Shown: positions 18,473 through 27,752 of the stretch, piece by piece
Layout of the letters: every line of letters begins with the position of its first letter
How positions within the stretch are numbered: position 1 is the first letter of the stretch
Translations under genes and position numbers: made by a program
Source: an uncultured Eubacteriales bacterium
GTDB lineage: Bacteria > Bacillota > Clostridia > Oscillospirales > Oscillospiraceae
Length of the DNA stretch: 62,146 nucleotides
NCBI GenBank assembly: GCA_900548795.1
Contig: URLT01000001.1
Location: 1-62,146, forward strand
Direction of reading: 5' to 3'
The notes under the pieces: generated by a model
The model's database searches: none
What the model was told of the DNA's origin: nothing
What the model saw: only the letters and a program-made list of their open reading frames with translations

Positions 18473-19106
18473 AATGCTGTTTGAAAAGACCGGCCGCGCT
18501 GTCTGGATGTCCCATCTGGACACCATGCGCCTGATGCAGCGCGCGTTTCGGCGCGCGGGCGTCCTGCTGCACCATTCTCAGGGCTACACGCCCCACGCCT
18601 ATGTCTCCGTGCTGCTGCCGCTGAGCGTCGGGACGGAGAGCGTCTGCGAAATTCTGGAATATGAGCTGGATGAACCGCTGGAGATCACGCCCGGGCAGAT
18701 GAACGCCGTCCTGCCGGAGGGTGTGCGCGTGCGCGAATTTTATGAGAGCGGCCGCAAGGCCAAGGAGCTGACCGACCTGCGTGTGGAGCTGACGCTGGAA
18801 TATGACCGGCAGACGCCGCAGCCGGAGGAGGTAGCGGCCGTGCTCGGGCGCGAGTCGCTTCCGGTCGAGAAGCGCACGAAGCGCGGCATGGAGGAGACGG
18901 ACATCAAGCCGCTGCTGCATGATTTCGCAGTGACGTCGCAGCCGGGAAGGCTGACCCTGCAAATGACCGTGAGCGCGCAGAATCCCGCGCTCAACCCGAT
19001 GCTCGTTGTTTCGGCGCTCAAGCGCTATGCGCCGGAGTGCCGGCCGGATTTTGCCTCCTGCCGACGGCTGGAGGTGCTCGACGCGACAGGGGAGGTGTTT
19101 CGCTGA
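18465..19106 (+). CDS. Radical SAM-associated protein, TIGR03936/DUF2344-like
   Basis: FEKTGRAVWMSHLDTMRLMQRAFRRAG...SQGYTPH; overlaps the radical SAM gene as is typical. Confidence 0.88.
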   Translation: MHRMLFEKTGRAVWMSHLDTMRLMQRAFRRAGVLLHHSQGYTPHAYVSVLLPLSVGTESVCEILEYELDEPLEITPGQMNAVLPEGVRVREFYESGRKAKELTDLRVELTLEYDRQTPQPEEVAAVLGRESLPVEKRTKRGMEETDIKPLLHDFAVTSQPGRLTLQMTVSAQNPALNPMLVVSALKRYAPECRPDFASCRRLEVLDATGEVFR

Positions 19107-19276
19107 TGCCAAATTGTGAGGACTGCTGGAACTACAACTACGACGAGGAGACCGACCAATCCTACTGCTCAATGGACATCGACGAGGACGAATGGTACCG
19201 CATTGTGAGCCGCCGACGCGGCGAATGCCCGTTTTTTCGACAGGCAGACGATTATTATTTGCCGCATCACCAATAA
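19106..19276 (+). CDS. Small acidic Cys-containing protein, DUF6472-like (56 aa)
   Basis: TGATG overlap, SD GGAGG; MPNCEDCWNYNYDEETDQSYCSMDIDEDE...CPFF. Confidence 0.8.
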   Translation: MPNCEDCWNYNYDEETDQSYCSMDIDEDEWYRIVSRRRGECPFFRQADDYYLPHHQ

Positions 19277-19336
19277 GCCGACCGGGCTCTGACGTTTTCA
19301 ACAAATTTTTCGCTTGTATTTTGTGAATAATGTTCG

Positions 19337-19549
19337 TTGCGCCGACCGCGCCTGCCGTGATATGATTATCGTATCAAGGTAGGCGCGGTCACTCCACAAC
19401 CATGGCCGCAAACCGCCGGATAAGGAGGAAATGACCCATCCGCTCGACTTGCGGTGCGGCAGTGTGGAGACCTGCCGTAATGCGCGGCGCCCCAACGCGG
19501 ACGCGTGCGAGGTTCGGGATGCGGAGGCAGCCGGATCAAAGTCTGTTTC
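19337..19549 (+). promoter_or_regulatory. Promoter and long structured 5' leader of the sugar ABC ATPase gene
   Basis: TTGCGC-18 nt-TATGAT with TGn; multi-stem hairpin 19387..19472; hairpin covering GGAGG at 19524..19549. Confidence 0.45.
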
Positions 19550-20722
19550 ATGGCAAGTGTCACACTGAAAAACATCAAAAAAATCTACCCCAACACGGAA
19601 AAAAAGCGCAAGCCCAAGAAGGGTGAGGAGCAGAAGAAGAGCAATCTGCAAATCACGGACGACGGCGTCGTCGCCGTCCAGAACTTCAACCTTGAGATCA
19701 AGGATCGCGAGTTCATCGTGCTGGTCGGGCCGTCCGGCTGCGGCAAGTCCACGACGCTGCGCATGGTCGCCGGTCTTGAGGAGATCTCGGACGGCGAGCT
19801 GTACATCGGCGACCGTCTGGTCAACGATGTTGCCCCGAAGGATCGCGACATTGCGATGGTTTTCCAGAGCTACGCGCTTTATCCGCACATGACCGTCTAT
19901 GAAAACATGGCGTTTTCTCTGAAGCTCAAGAAGCTGCCGAAGGATGAGATCCGCAGAAAGGTGATGGAGGCGGCCGAGATCCTCGACATCACGGAATATC
20001 TGGACCGCAAGCCCAAGGCGCTCTCCGGCGGCCAGCGGCAGCGCGTGGCGATCGGCCGCGCGATCGTGCGCAATCCGAAGGTGCTGCTGATGGACGAGCC
20101 GCTGTCGAACCTCGACGCGAAGCTCCGAAACCAGATGCGTGCGGAGATCATCAAGCTCCGCTCCAGCATCGACACGACCTTCCTCTATGTCACGCACGAC
20201 CAGACCGAGGCCATGACCCTCGGCGACCGCATCGTCATCATGCGCGACGGCTTCATTCAGCAGATCGGCACGCCGCAGGAGGTCTATTATCATCCCACCA
20301 ATCTCTTTGTCGCGGGCTTCATCGGCACGCCGCAGATGAACTTCTTCCACGACGTTGCGCTCAACTGCACGAACGGCGACTACAGCGTCACGATCCTCGG
20401 CCGGGAGTTTAAGCTCACCGACGAGCAGCAGGCGATTTTGCGCAAAAACGGGCAGCGCCCGGGCAAGGTGATCGCCGGCGTGCGTCCGGTGCACATTGCC
20501 CTTGCGCAGGACGGCCTTCAGGCGAAGATCGAGGTTTCCGAAATGATGGGCAGCGAGATGCACCTGCACCTGAGCGCCGGCTCCGACGAGATTGTCGCCG
20601 TCATCCCGACAACGGATATTGACTTCAACGCAACCAAAATCGGCGCAGCCGTCCGCTTCTCGTTCAAGCCCGAGATGCTGCAGCTCTTCGACCCCGAGAC
20701 GGAGGAGAGCCTGCTCAAATAA
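19550..20722 (+). CDS. Sugar ABC transporter ATP-binding protein (MsmX/MalK/UgpC family)
   Basis: [42 protein letters not shown]. Confidence 0.95.
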   Translation: MASVTLKNIKKIYPNTEKKRKPKKGEEQKKSNLQITDDGVVAVQNFNLEIKDREFIVLVGPSGCGKSTTLRMVAGLEEISDGELYIGDRLVNDVAPKDRDIAMVFQSYALYPHMTVYENMAFSLKLKKLPKDEIRRKVMEAAEILDITEYLDRKPKALSGGQRQRVAIGRAIVRNPKVLLMDEPLSNLDAKLRNQMRAEIIKLRSSIDTTFLYVTHDQTEAMTLGDRIVIMRDGFIQQIGTPQEVYYHPTNLFVAGFIGTPQMNFFHDVALNCTNGDYSVTILGREFKLTDEQQAILRKNGQRPGKVIAGVRPVHIALAQDGLQAKIEVSEMMGSEMHLHLSAGSDEIVAVIPTTDIDFNATKIGAAVRFSFKPEMLQLFDPETEESLLK

Positions 20723-20798
20723 TTCCGGCAAATTGCACAACGTCTAGCGGTGCATTTTGTGCGAACATACGAAATGCACCGCAGAGTTGAAAAAACAA

Positions 20799-20856
20799 TT
20801 GAAAACGTTTCCAAAAGAGTATATACTTGATTATAGGGAATTGGAAACGATTCCAA
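20799..20856 (+). promoter_or_regulatory. Promoter with two LacI-type operators
   Basis: TTGAAA-17 nt-TATACT; palindromes TTGAAAACGTTTCCAA (20799-20814) and TTGGAAACGATTCCAA (20841-20856). Confidence 0.75.
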
Positions 20857-20898
20857 CAACAAATCGCAAACCCCAAATTATACTAGGAGGAACTGGAA

Positions 20899-22266
20899 AT
20901 GAAGAAACTCATCGCGCTTCTGCTCGCTCTTGCCATGGTCGCCTGCCTGTTCGCCGGCTGCACCAAGGACGACGCAGAACCCACCACCACCGTCTCGGAG
21001 ACTCCCTCTGAGGATGTCAGCACCGAGCCTACCAACACCGACGACGTCGTCGCTGCTGACGGCCAGGTCTACTACCTGAACTTCAAGCCCGAAGCAGACG
21101 CTGCCTGGCAGGAACTGGCTGCTAAGTACACCGAGCAGACCGGCGTGCCCGTCAAGGTCGTCACCGCAGCTTCCGGCACCTACAGCGAGACCCTCACCGC
21201 CGAAATGGCGAAGGACAGCGCTCCCACCCTGTTCCAGTGCGGCAACAAGGCCGGTCTGGACACCTGGCAGGAATACTGCCTGCCGCTCGACGGCACCGAT
21301 TTCCTCAACGAGATGACCACCGAGGACTTCAACCTCAAGGGCGAGGACGGCAACACCTATTGCGCCGGCTACTGCTACGAGGCGTTCGGCATCATCGTCA
21401 ACAAGGCTCTGCTTGAGAAGGCCGGCCACTCCATCGACGAGATCACCGATTTCGCTTCCCTGAAGGCTGTCGCGGAAGACATCACCGCCCGCAAGGACGA
21501 GCTGGGCTTTGCCGCTTTCACCTCCGCAGGTCTTGACGGCTCCTCCAGCTGGCGCTTCTCCGGCCATCTGGCCAACATGCCGCTGTACTATGAGTTCCGT
21601 GACGACGGCGTGACCGAGGCTCCCGCTACCATCACCGGCAAGTACCTCGACAACTATAAGAACATCTGGGATCTTTACATCAACAATGCCACCTGCGAGC
21701 CCTCCGATCTGGCTGCTAAGACCGGCGACGAGTCCGAGGCCGAGTTCGGCGAAGGCAAGGCTGTCTTCTATCAGAACGGCACTTGGGAATTCAGCAACCT
21801 GACCGCTGCGGACAAGTTCGCGATGAACCCCGACGATCTGGCTATGATCCCCATCTACTGCGGCGTTGACGGCGAGGCCGATGCGGGTCTGGCCTGCGGC
21901 ACCGAGAACTGCTGGGCAGTCAATGCCAAGGCTTCCGCGGAAGACCAGAAGGCTACCCTCGACTTCCTGAAGTGGGTCGTCACCTCCGAAGAGGGCACCA
22001 CGATGATGGCTGCCGAGTTTGGCCCGATCCCCTTCAAGAACGCGAAGGAATCCGACAACGTGTTCTTCAACGACGCCAACAAGCTGATGTCCGAAGGCAA
22101 GTACACCGTGACTTGGGCGTTCAACTACACCCCGAACGTTGACGCTTGGAGACAGGGCGTTGTCGACGCGCTGCTGGCATACTCCACCGGCTCCGGCGAC
22201 TGGGCTGCCGTTCAGACCGCTTTTGTTGACGGCTGGGCAACGCAGTACGCGCGGCAGGAAGGCTAA
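20899..22266 (+). CDS. Carbohydrate ABC transporter substrate-binding lipoprotein
   Basis: Lipobox LFAGC; VYYLNFKPE, WRFSGHLAN, FYQNGTW; SD AGGAGG. Confidence 0.92.
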   Translation: MKKLIALLLALAMVACLFAGCTKDDAEPTTTVSETPSEDVSTEPTNTDDVVAADGQVYYLNFKPEADAAWQELAAKYTEQTGVPVKVVTAASGTYSETLTAEMAKDSAPTLFQCGNKAGLDTWQEYCLPLDGTDFLNEMTTEDFNLKGEDGNTYCAGYCYEAFGIIVNKALLEKAGHSIDEITDFASLKAVAEDITARKDELGFAAFTSAGLDGSSSWRFSGHLANMPLYYEFRDDGVTEAPATITGKYLDNYKNIWDLYINNATCEPSDLAAKTGDESEAEFGEGKAVFYQNGTWEFSNLTAADKFAMNPDDLAMIPIYCGVDGEADAGLACGTENCWAVNAKASAEDQKATLDFLKWVVTSEEGTTMMAAEFGPIPFKNAKESDNVFFNDANKLMSEGKYTVTWAFNYTPNVDAWRQGVVDALLAYSTGSGDWAAVQTAFVDGWATQYARQEG

Positions 22267-22306
22267 GAGCATACCGCTCCGGCAATCCGAAACACATAAC
22301 GATTTG

Positions 22307-22340
22307 CGGAGGGCGGGCAGACAGCCCGCCCTCCGTTCTT
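22307..22340 (+). terminator. Intra-operon hairpin/terminator after the binding-protein gene
   Basis: CGGAGGGCGGGC-AGACA-GCCCGCCCTCCG followed by a T-rich tract. Confidence 0.65.
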
Positions 22341-22371
22341 TTCCTTTGGCAGAAAAAGAGGAGGGCACCTT

Positions 22372-23703
22372 ATGGGCTTGGTTGGATTAATTTTGACTCT
22401 CGGCGGAGTCGGAATGGCAGTTCACGTACTGCTGACCTGCTATTTGCAGGATCTTCCTTTGGCGCAGCTCTTTGATGCGGAGCTGTCAAATGCGGGCGGC
22501 ATGCTGCTGATCCTTGCCGCTTTGATCTTCGTGATCGGCGCAGTGCTCGTGGCCTGCGGCTATCACCGCTGGAAGCGCTGCAAGCTCGGAATGCTCGGCG
22601 CGACGCTGGTCGGATTTTGTGCCTTTTTCACCTTTTTCGCCGTGGAGCGCCTGAAGGCCGAGCAGGGTATCTATGCCGGCGCGCTGAACATCGGCTGGAT
22701 CTTTGCTGCAATTGCCATCGTCTGCCTTGCGGCCGGCGTCGTTCTGATCCTGCGCGATCGTAAGGCGTTTGGGCGCTATTGCAGACAGGTGTTCCTCGTC
22801 TCGTCCTCCTCCGGCGGAGGGTCGCTGAATAGCCGTCTGCTTCGCAGACCGATCCAGCGCTGCTTCATGATCTTCATCGTGCCGACGCTCATTGCGTTTA
22901 TTATCGGCTTTGTTTATCCGTTTGTTCTCGGCCTTTACCGCTCGTTCTGCACGTTTACCTCTCCGGTCGACTACCACTACAGCGGCATTCGCAACTATAC
23001 AAAGGCGTTTGCGGACGCCGGATTCCGCCATGCATTCGGCTTCACCGCTCTGTATGCGCTGGTCTCCATTATCATCATCAACGTGTTTTCCTTTGCGCTG
23101 GCCTATGCGCTGACGCAGAAGATCCGCGGCTCAAACGTGTTCCGAACGGTGTTTTTCATGCCGAACCTGATCGGCGGCATCGTGCTCGGTTATATTTGGA
23201 AACTGATTTTTGACGCCATTCTCTCCGCAGCCGGCAAGCAGCCGATGCTGACCAACAGCACCTACGGCTTCTGGGGTCTTGTGATCCTCGTCGCGTGGCA
23301 GCAGATTGGCTATATGATGATTATATACATCGCCGGACTTCAGTCTGTCCCGGAGGACATGCTCGAGGCGGCGAAGATCGACGGCGCCAACCGTTGGCAG
23401 ACGCTTTGGCGCGTGACGATCCCGAACGTCATGCCGTCGATCACGATCTGCTTCTTCCTGACGCTGACGAATTCCTTTAAGCTCTTTGACCAAAACCTCG
23501 CGCTGACCGGCGGCTCGCCGAACGTCCCCGGCACTGCGATCCTAAAAACGGAAATGCTTGCTCTGCACATTTTCAACACGAATAAGATCAACAATAAGTG
23601 GCGCGGCACAGCGCAGGCCGAGGCGGTCGTGTTCTTTGTGCTCGTTGCCGTCATGGCCATTGCGCAGCTTGTTGCGACCCGTCGGAAGGAGGTACAGCAA
23701 TAA
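22372..23703 (+). CDS. Sugar ABC permease with an N-terminal membrane extension
   Basis: EAAKIDGA loop, FFMPNLIGG; about 150 extra hydrophobic N-terminal residues. Confidence 0.9.
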   Translation: MGLVGLILTLGGVGMAVHVLLTCYLQDLPLAQLFDAELSNAGGMLLILAALIFVIGAVLVACGYHRWKRCKLGMLGATLVGFCAFFTFFAVERLKAEQGIYAGALNIGWIFAAIAIVCLAAGVVLILRDRKAFGRYCRQVFLVSSSSGGGSLNSRLLRRPIQRCFMIFIVPTLIAFIIGFVYPFVLGLYRSFCTFTSPVDYHYSGIRNYTKAFADAGFRHAFGFTALYALVSIIIINVFSFALAYALTQKIRGSNVFRTVFFMPNLIGGIVLGYIWKLIFDAILSAAGKQPMLTNSTYGFWGLVILVAWQQIGYMMIIYIAGLQSVPEDMLEAAKIDGANRWQTLWRVTIPNVMPSITICFFLTLTNSFKLFDQNLALTGGSPNVPGTAILKTEMLALHIFNTNKINNKWRGTAQAEAVVFFVLVAVMAIAQLVATRRKEVQQ

Positions 23704-24557
23704 TGAACAAGAGCCTGAAAAAACGCGACGTTGGCGGCATCATCCTGACGGTGCTGTTCGCGATCGTCTGCCTGATCTACATCGTTCCGATCATCGAGGT
23801 CTTCATCAACTCGTTTAAGACCAACGCCTCCATCAACCAGTCGACCTTCGCTCTGCCGAACAGCGAGACCTTTGTCGGCACGGATAACTACGTCAAGGGC
23901 ATGACCTTCGGAAACTATCCGATCGCGAAGTCCATTCTCTACAGCCTGCTCATCACGGTCGTCTCCGTTGCGCTGATCCTCGTCTGCACGTCCATGACCG
24001 CGTGGTATATCTCCCGCGTGGGCAGCAAGTTCACCAAGGTGTTTTATTTCGCCTGCGTGTTCTCCATGATCGTGCCCTTCCAGATGGTCATGTTCCCGCT
24101 GGTCACCGTTTCGACCGACCTGCATCTGAACACACCGTGGACGATCCCGATCGTTTACCTCGGCTTCGGCGCAGGGCTTGCGATCTTCATGTTCTCCGGC
24201 TTCGTCAAGAGCCTGCCTCTCGAGATCGAGGAGGCCGCGGCCATCGACGGCTGCGGGCCGCTGCGCACCTTCTTCTGCGTGGTGCTTCCGATGCTCCGCC
24301 CGACGCTGATCTCCGTCGGCATCCTTGAGACAATGTGGGTCTGGAATGACTATCTCCTGCCGTATCTGGTGCTCGACATCAACAAATATAAGACCATCCC
24401 CATCCATGTGCAATATCTGCAGGGAAGCTACGGCACCGTGGATCTCGGCGCGACCATGGCGGTCATGGTGTTCAGCATCCTGCCGATCATCATTGTCTAT
24501 CTGTTCTGCCAGAAGTACATCATCAAGGGCGTTGCGGCAGGTGCGGTGAAGGGCTGA
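23703..24557 (+). CDS. Sugar ABC permease (MalG-like)
   Basis: TAATG overlap; EEAAAIDGC, WNDYLLP, GVAAGAVKG. Confidence 0.93.
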   Translation: MNKSLKKRDVGGIILTVLFAIVCLIYIVPIIEVFINSFKTNASINQSTFALPNSETFVGTDNYVKGMTFGNYPIAKSILYSLLITVVSVALILVCTSMTAWYISRVGSKFTKVFYFACVFSMIVPFQMVMFPLVTVSTDLHLNTPWTIPIVYLGFGAGLAIFMFSGFVKSLPLEIEEAAAIDGCGPLRTFFCVVLPMLRPTLISVGILETMWVWNDYLLPYLVLDINKYKTIPIHVQYLQGSYGTVDLGATMAVMVFSILPIIIVYLFCQKYIIKGVAAGAVKG

Positions 24558-25573
24558 TGACGATCAAGGATCTTGCCAGAGAGACGGGCTACTCCGTCGG
24601 CACGATCTCGCGCGTCCTGAACCATCACCCGAATGTGAGCGAGAAGGCGCGTCGAGAAGTGACCGAGGCGGTCAGTCGATTCGGCTTCGAACGCAACGAG
24701 AACGCAAAAAATTTGAAACGGCGTAGGGGAGACAGCATTCTCGTGCTCGTCAAGGGTCGGAAAAACGAGCTGTTTGCCTCGATCATCGAGCGTCTGCAGC
24801 AGTATTTCTGCAACACCCGCTATACGCTGTTTATGGATTATTTCGACGAAAACGAAAACGAGGTGCATCGCGCGATCCACCTCGTTGCCGAAAAAAAACC
24901 GCTGGGTCTGCTCTTTTTGGGCGGTAACTGCAGCAATTTTGCCCCGGATTTCGGGAAGATCCGCGTCCCGGCCGTGCTGCTGACGGACGACGCCTCCGAG
25001 CTGCCGTTTGAGAATCTCTCGAGCGTCTGCACGGACGACACGGCGGCGGCCGACAGCGCCGTGAGCTATCTGATCTCGCAGGGACATCGGAGGATCGGCG
25101 TGATCGGCGGCGACCCGCAGCGCTCCGACACCTCCAGAATGCGTCTGGACGGCTGCCGCGCTGCCTTGCGCCGCGCCGGGCTTCCGGGCGAGGCCGCCAG
25201 CGCGATCGACCTGTATTCCTATGAGGGCGGCTACCGAGCCATGCAGACGCTTCTCGAGCAAGACGCGGAATTTTCTGCGGTTTTTGCCATGGCGGATGTA
25301 ATGGCCATCGGCGCGATCCGCGCCCTGCGCGACGCGGGGCTGCGCGTGCCGCAGGACGTCTCCGTCTGCGGCTTTGACGGCCTGCAAATCAGCAGCTTTT
25401 ATCTGCCGCAGCTCACGACTGTGCACCAGTCGGTCGAGCTGCTTGCAGACCGCGCGGCGGAGTTCCTTGTCGAGAACATCGAGAAGGGCGTCAAGGCACG
25501 GCATGTGAACGTGCCGTTTACAATGGACTTGCGCGAGAGCGTGATTCCGGCAAATGAACAAAAGGTGTGTTAA
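24557..25573 (+). CDS. LacI-family transcriptional regulator
   Basis: MTIKDLARETGYSVGTISRVLN HTH; VPQDVSVCGFD; LTTVHQ. Confidence 0.94.
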   Translation: MTIKDLARETGYSVGTISRVLNHHPNVSEKARREVTEAVSRFGFERNENAKNLKRRRGDSILVLVKGRKNELFASIIERLQQYFCNTRYTLFMDYFDENENEVHRAIHLVAEKKPLGLLFLGGNCSNFAPDFGKIRVPAVLLTDDASELPFENLSSVCTDDTAAADSAVSYLISQGHRRIGVIGGDPQRSDTSRMRLDGCRAALRRAGLPGEAASAIDLYSYEGGYRAMQTLLEQDAEFSAVFAMADVMAIGAIRALRDAGLRVPQDVSVCGFDGLQISSFYLPQLTTVHQSVELLADRAAEFLVENIEKGVKARHVNVPFTMDLRESVIPANEQKVC

Positions 25574-25578
25574 CGAAC

Positions 25579-27054
25579 ATGAGATATTCCGGTATTCTGA
25601 TGCATATTTCCTCTCTGCCCTCTCCCTACGGCATCGGCTCTCTGGGCAGGGCGGCGTACCAATTTGCGGACTTTCTGAAGGCAGCCGGCCAGCATTATTG
25701 GCAGATCCTTCCGATCGGCCCGACCAGCTACGGCGACAGCCCGTACCAATCCTTCAGTACCTGCGCCGGAAATCCGTACTTCATCGACCTTGACCTTCTC
25801 GTCGAGCAGGGGCTCCTGACGCGGGAGGAGGTCGACGCGATCGATTGGCCGTCCGATGCAGGACGCGTGGATTACGGGTTCCAGTTCTCGGTGCGCTTTG
25901 ACCTGCTCTATAAGGCCTATGAGCGCGGCCGCGACCGCGATGCCGACGAGCTGCGGATCTTCCGCGAGGAAAACCCGTGGGTCGAGGATTATGCCATGTA
26001 TATGGCGCTCAAGCGCGCAAACGGCATGTGCTCGTGGGAAACTTGGCCCGAGGAGGTGCGCCTGCGCAGACCCGGCGCGCTGGAGACCTATGGCATCACG
26101 CTTTCGGAGGATTGCAGCTTTTTTGCCTACCTGCAATATCTGTTTTATCAGCAATGGGAGCGCCTGAGCGCCTATGTCCACGAGCGCGGGATCGAGCTGA
26201 TCGGCGATCTGCCGATCTACGTCCCCTATGATTCGTGCGACGTTTGGTCGAATCCGTCGCTCTTCCAGCTCGACGAGAACGGCACGCCCACCGGCGTTGC
26301 GGGCTGTCCGCCCGACTATTTTGCGCAGGACGGCCAGCTCTGGGGCAACCCGCTCTACGACTGGGAACGGATGCGGCAGGACGATTATGCATGGTGGAAG
26401 GAGCGCATTCGCGCAGCCTCGCGCCTGTTTGACGTCATTCGCATCGACCACTTCCGCGGGCTTGAGAGCTACTGGGCGGTGCCCTACGGCGAAGCGACGG
26501 CGAGAAACGGCCGCTGGGTCAAGGGGCCGGGGGAGGATTTCATCCGCGCCCTCAAGGACGCCTTCCCGAGCCTGCGCCTGATTGCCGAGGATCTCGGCTT
26601 CCTGACCGAGGAGGTCATCCGCTTGCAGCAGAATTCGGGCTTCCCGGGTATGAAGGTGCTCGAGTTTGCGTTTGATTCCCGCGAGCCGAGCAATTATCTG
26701 CCGCATCGCTACCCGCGCAACTGCATTTGCTACACCGGCACGCACGACAACGAGACGCTTGTGCAGTGGCTCGAGGGGCTGCCCGAGCAGACGACGCAGT
26801 ATATTATGGAATACCTCTGCGTTCGTGACGCGCAGGACTGCGCCGATGCCATTCTCCACGCGGGCTCGGCCAGCGTGGCTGACACCTTCATCGCGCAGAT
26901 GCAGGACTATCTCGGCCTCGGCGCGGAATCGCGCATGAACGAGCCGGGCACGGTCAGCACGAAAAACTGGAGCTGGCGTATGCCTGCCGACGCCCTGACG
27001 GATGAGCTTGCGGCCAAGCTGCGCCGTATGTCCGAGCTTTACGAACGCAGTTGA
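25579..27054 (+). CDS. malQ: 4-alpha-glucanotransferase (amylomaltase, GH77)
   Basis: WQILPIGPT, GDSPYQ, GQLWGNPLY, RIDHFRG, AEDLG, YTGTHDN. Confidence 0.95.
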   Translation: MRYSGILMHISSLPSPYGIGSLGRAAYQFADFLKAAGQHYWQILPIGPTSYGDSPYQSFSTCAGNPYFIDLDLLVEQGLLTREEVDAIDWPSDAGRVDYGFQFSVRFDLLYKAYERGRDRDADELRIFREENPWVEDYAMYMALKRANGMCSWETWPEEVRLRRPGALETYGITLSEDCSFFAYLQYLFYQQWERLSAYVHERGIELIGDLPIYVPYDSCDVWSNPSLFQLDENGTPTGVAGCPPDYFAQDGQLWGNPLYDWERMRQDDYAWWKERIRAASRLFDVIRIDHFRGLESYWAVPYGEATARNGRWVKGPGEDFIRALKDAFPSLRLIAEDLGFLTEEVIRLQQNSGFPGMKVLEFAFDSREPSNYLPHRYPRNCICYTGTHDNETLVQWLEGLPEQTTQYIMEYLCVRDAQDCADAILHAGSASVADTFIAQMQDYLGLGAESRMNEPGTVSTKNWSWRMPADALTDELAAKLRRMSELYERS

Positions 27055-27075
27055 TACTTCATAGCATAAAAACCG

Positions 27076-27115
27076 AACCGACGCCGCAGTGATTTTCCAC
27101 TGCGGCGTCGGTTTT
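27076..27115. terminator. Bidirectional terminator between malQ and the XRE gene
   Basis: AACCGACGCCGCAGTG...CACTGCGGCGTCGGTT with A and T tails. Confidence 0.75.
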
Positions 27116-27357
27116 CATCCGTCCAGATTTTCAAAAAATGCGTCATAAGGACAGCGATAGAGCTTTTTCAGCTCGACCAAAACACTGATGCGGATGTTCA
27201 GCTCGCCGGACTCATATTTCGCATAAGTCGTGCGACCGATGTCGCAGCCGCGAAGCTGCAGGGCAGCGCACAGCTTTTCCTGCGACAAACCGTGTTCACA
27301 GCGCAGACGCCGCAGATTTTCGCCCATATTCCGGTCGCGCCGTAGCTTTTGCTCCAT
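27115..27357 (-). CDS. XRE-family helix-turn-helix regulator (80 aa)
   Basis: GENLRRLRCEHGLSQEKL...YAKYESGE; SD AAGGGAG. Confidence 0.85.
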   Translation of the reverse strand: MEQKLRRDRNMGENLRRLRCEHGLSQEKLCAALQLRGCDIGRTTYAKYESGELNIRISVLVELKKLYRCPYDAFFENLDG

Positions 27358-27462
27358 AATGACTCTCCCTTTTTGACCAGTATTGGTTGCAAACAATCAT
27401 ATTTTATGATATACTGATGAAAAATATTGACCGCAATATTGGTCAGATTTAGGAGAAGCGAT

Positions 27463-27594
27463 ATGGAAACTTATCAAAAAATGTACGCAATTCTGTGCGC
27501 GGCGGTCGACGAGGTCATCGACCCGTTGGAAAAGATCCCCGCCGCCGTCCCGTGGGCAGCCAGACTGCGCGCGTCGCTTCGCTCCTCGCAATGA
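27463..27594 (+). pseudogene. Small ORF (METYQKMYAILCAAVDEVI...) divergent from the XRE gene, ending inside a REP-like repeat
   Basis: SD AGGAG; the last 8 codons and the stop come from the repeat at 27570..27596. Confidence 0.55.
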
Positions 27595-27596
27595 CA
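27570..27596 (-). repeat. Partial REP-like repeat
   Basis: Reverse complement is identical to 15179..15205. Confidence 0.75.
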
Positions 27597-27752
27597 CAAA
27601 AATGGTAGGTTTTTCGTAAAAACCTACCATTTTTGCAACTCAAGGGCTTGAATCCGGCGCAGAGCGACACCGCAACGTGCTCTATGAGCAAATGCAAAGC
27701 AAAACCCGCCGTCGAACCGAGTGGATCGGCTCGACGGCGGGCTTTTTACCGT

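Noticed and set aside
19387..19472. T-box, lysine riboswitch or 6S RNA
   Set aside because: No T-box UGGNACC bulge, no lysine riboswitch consensus and no 6S central bubble recognised
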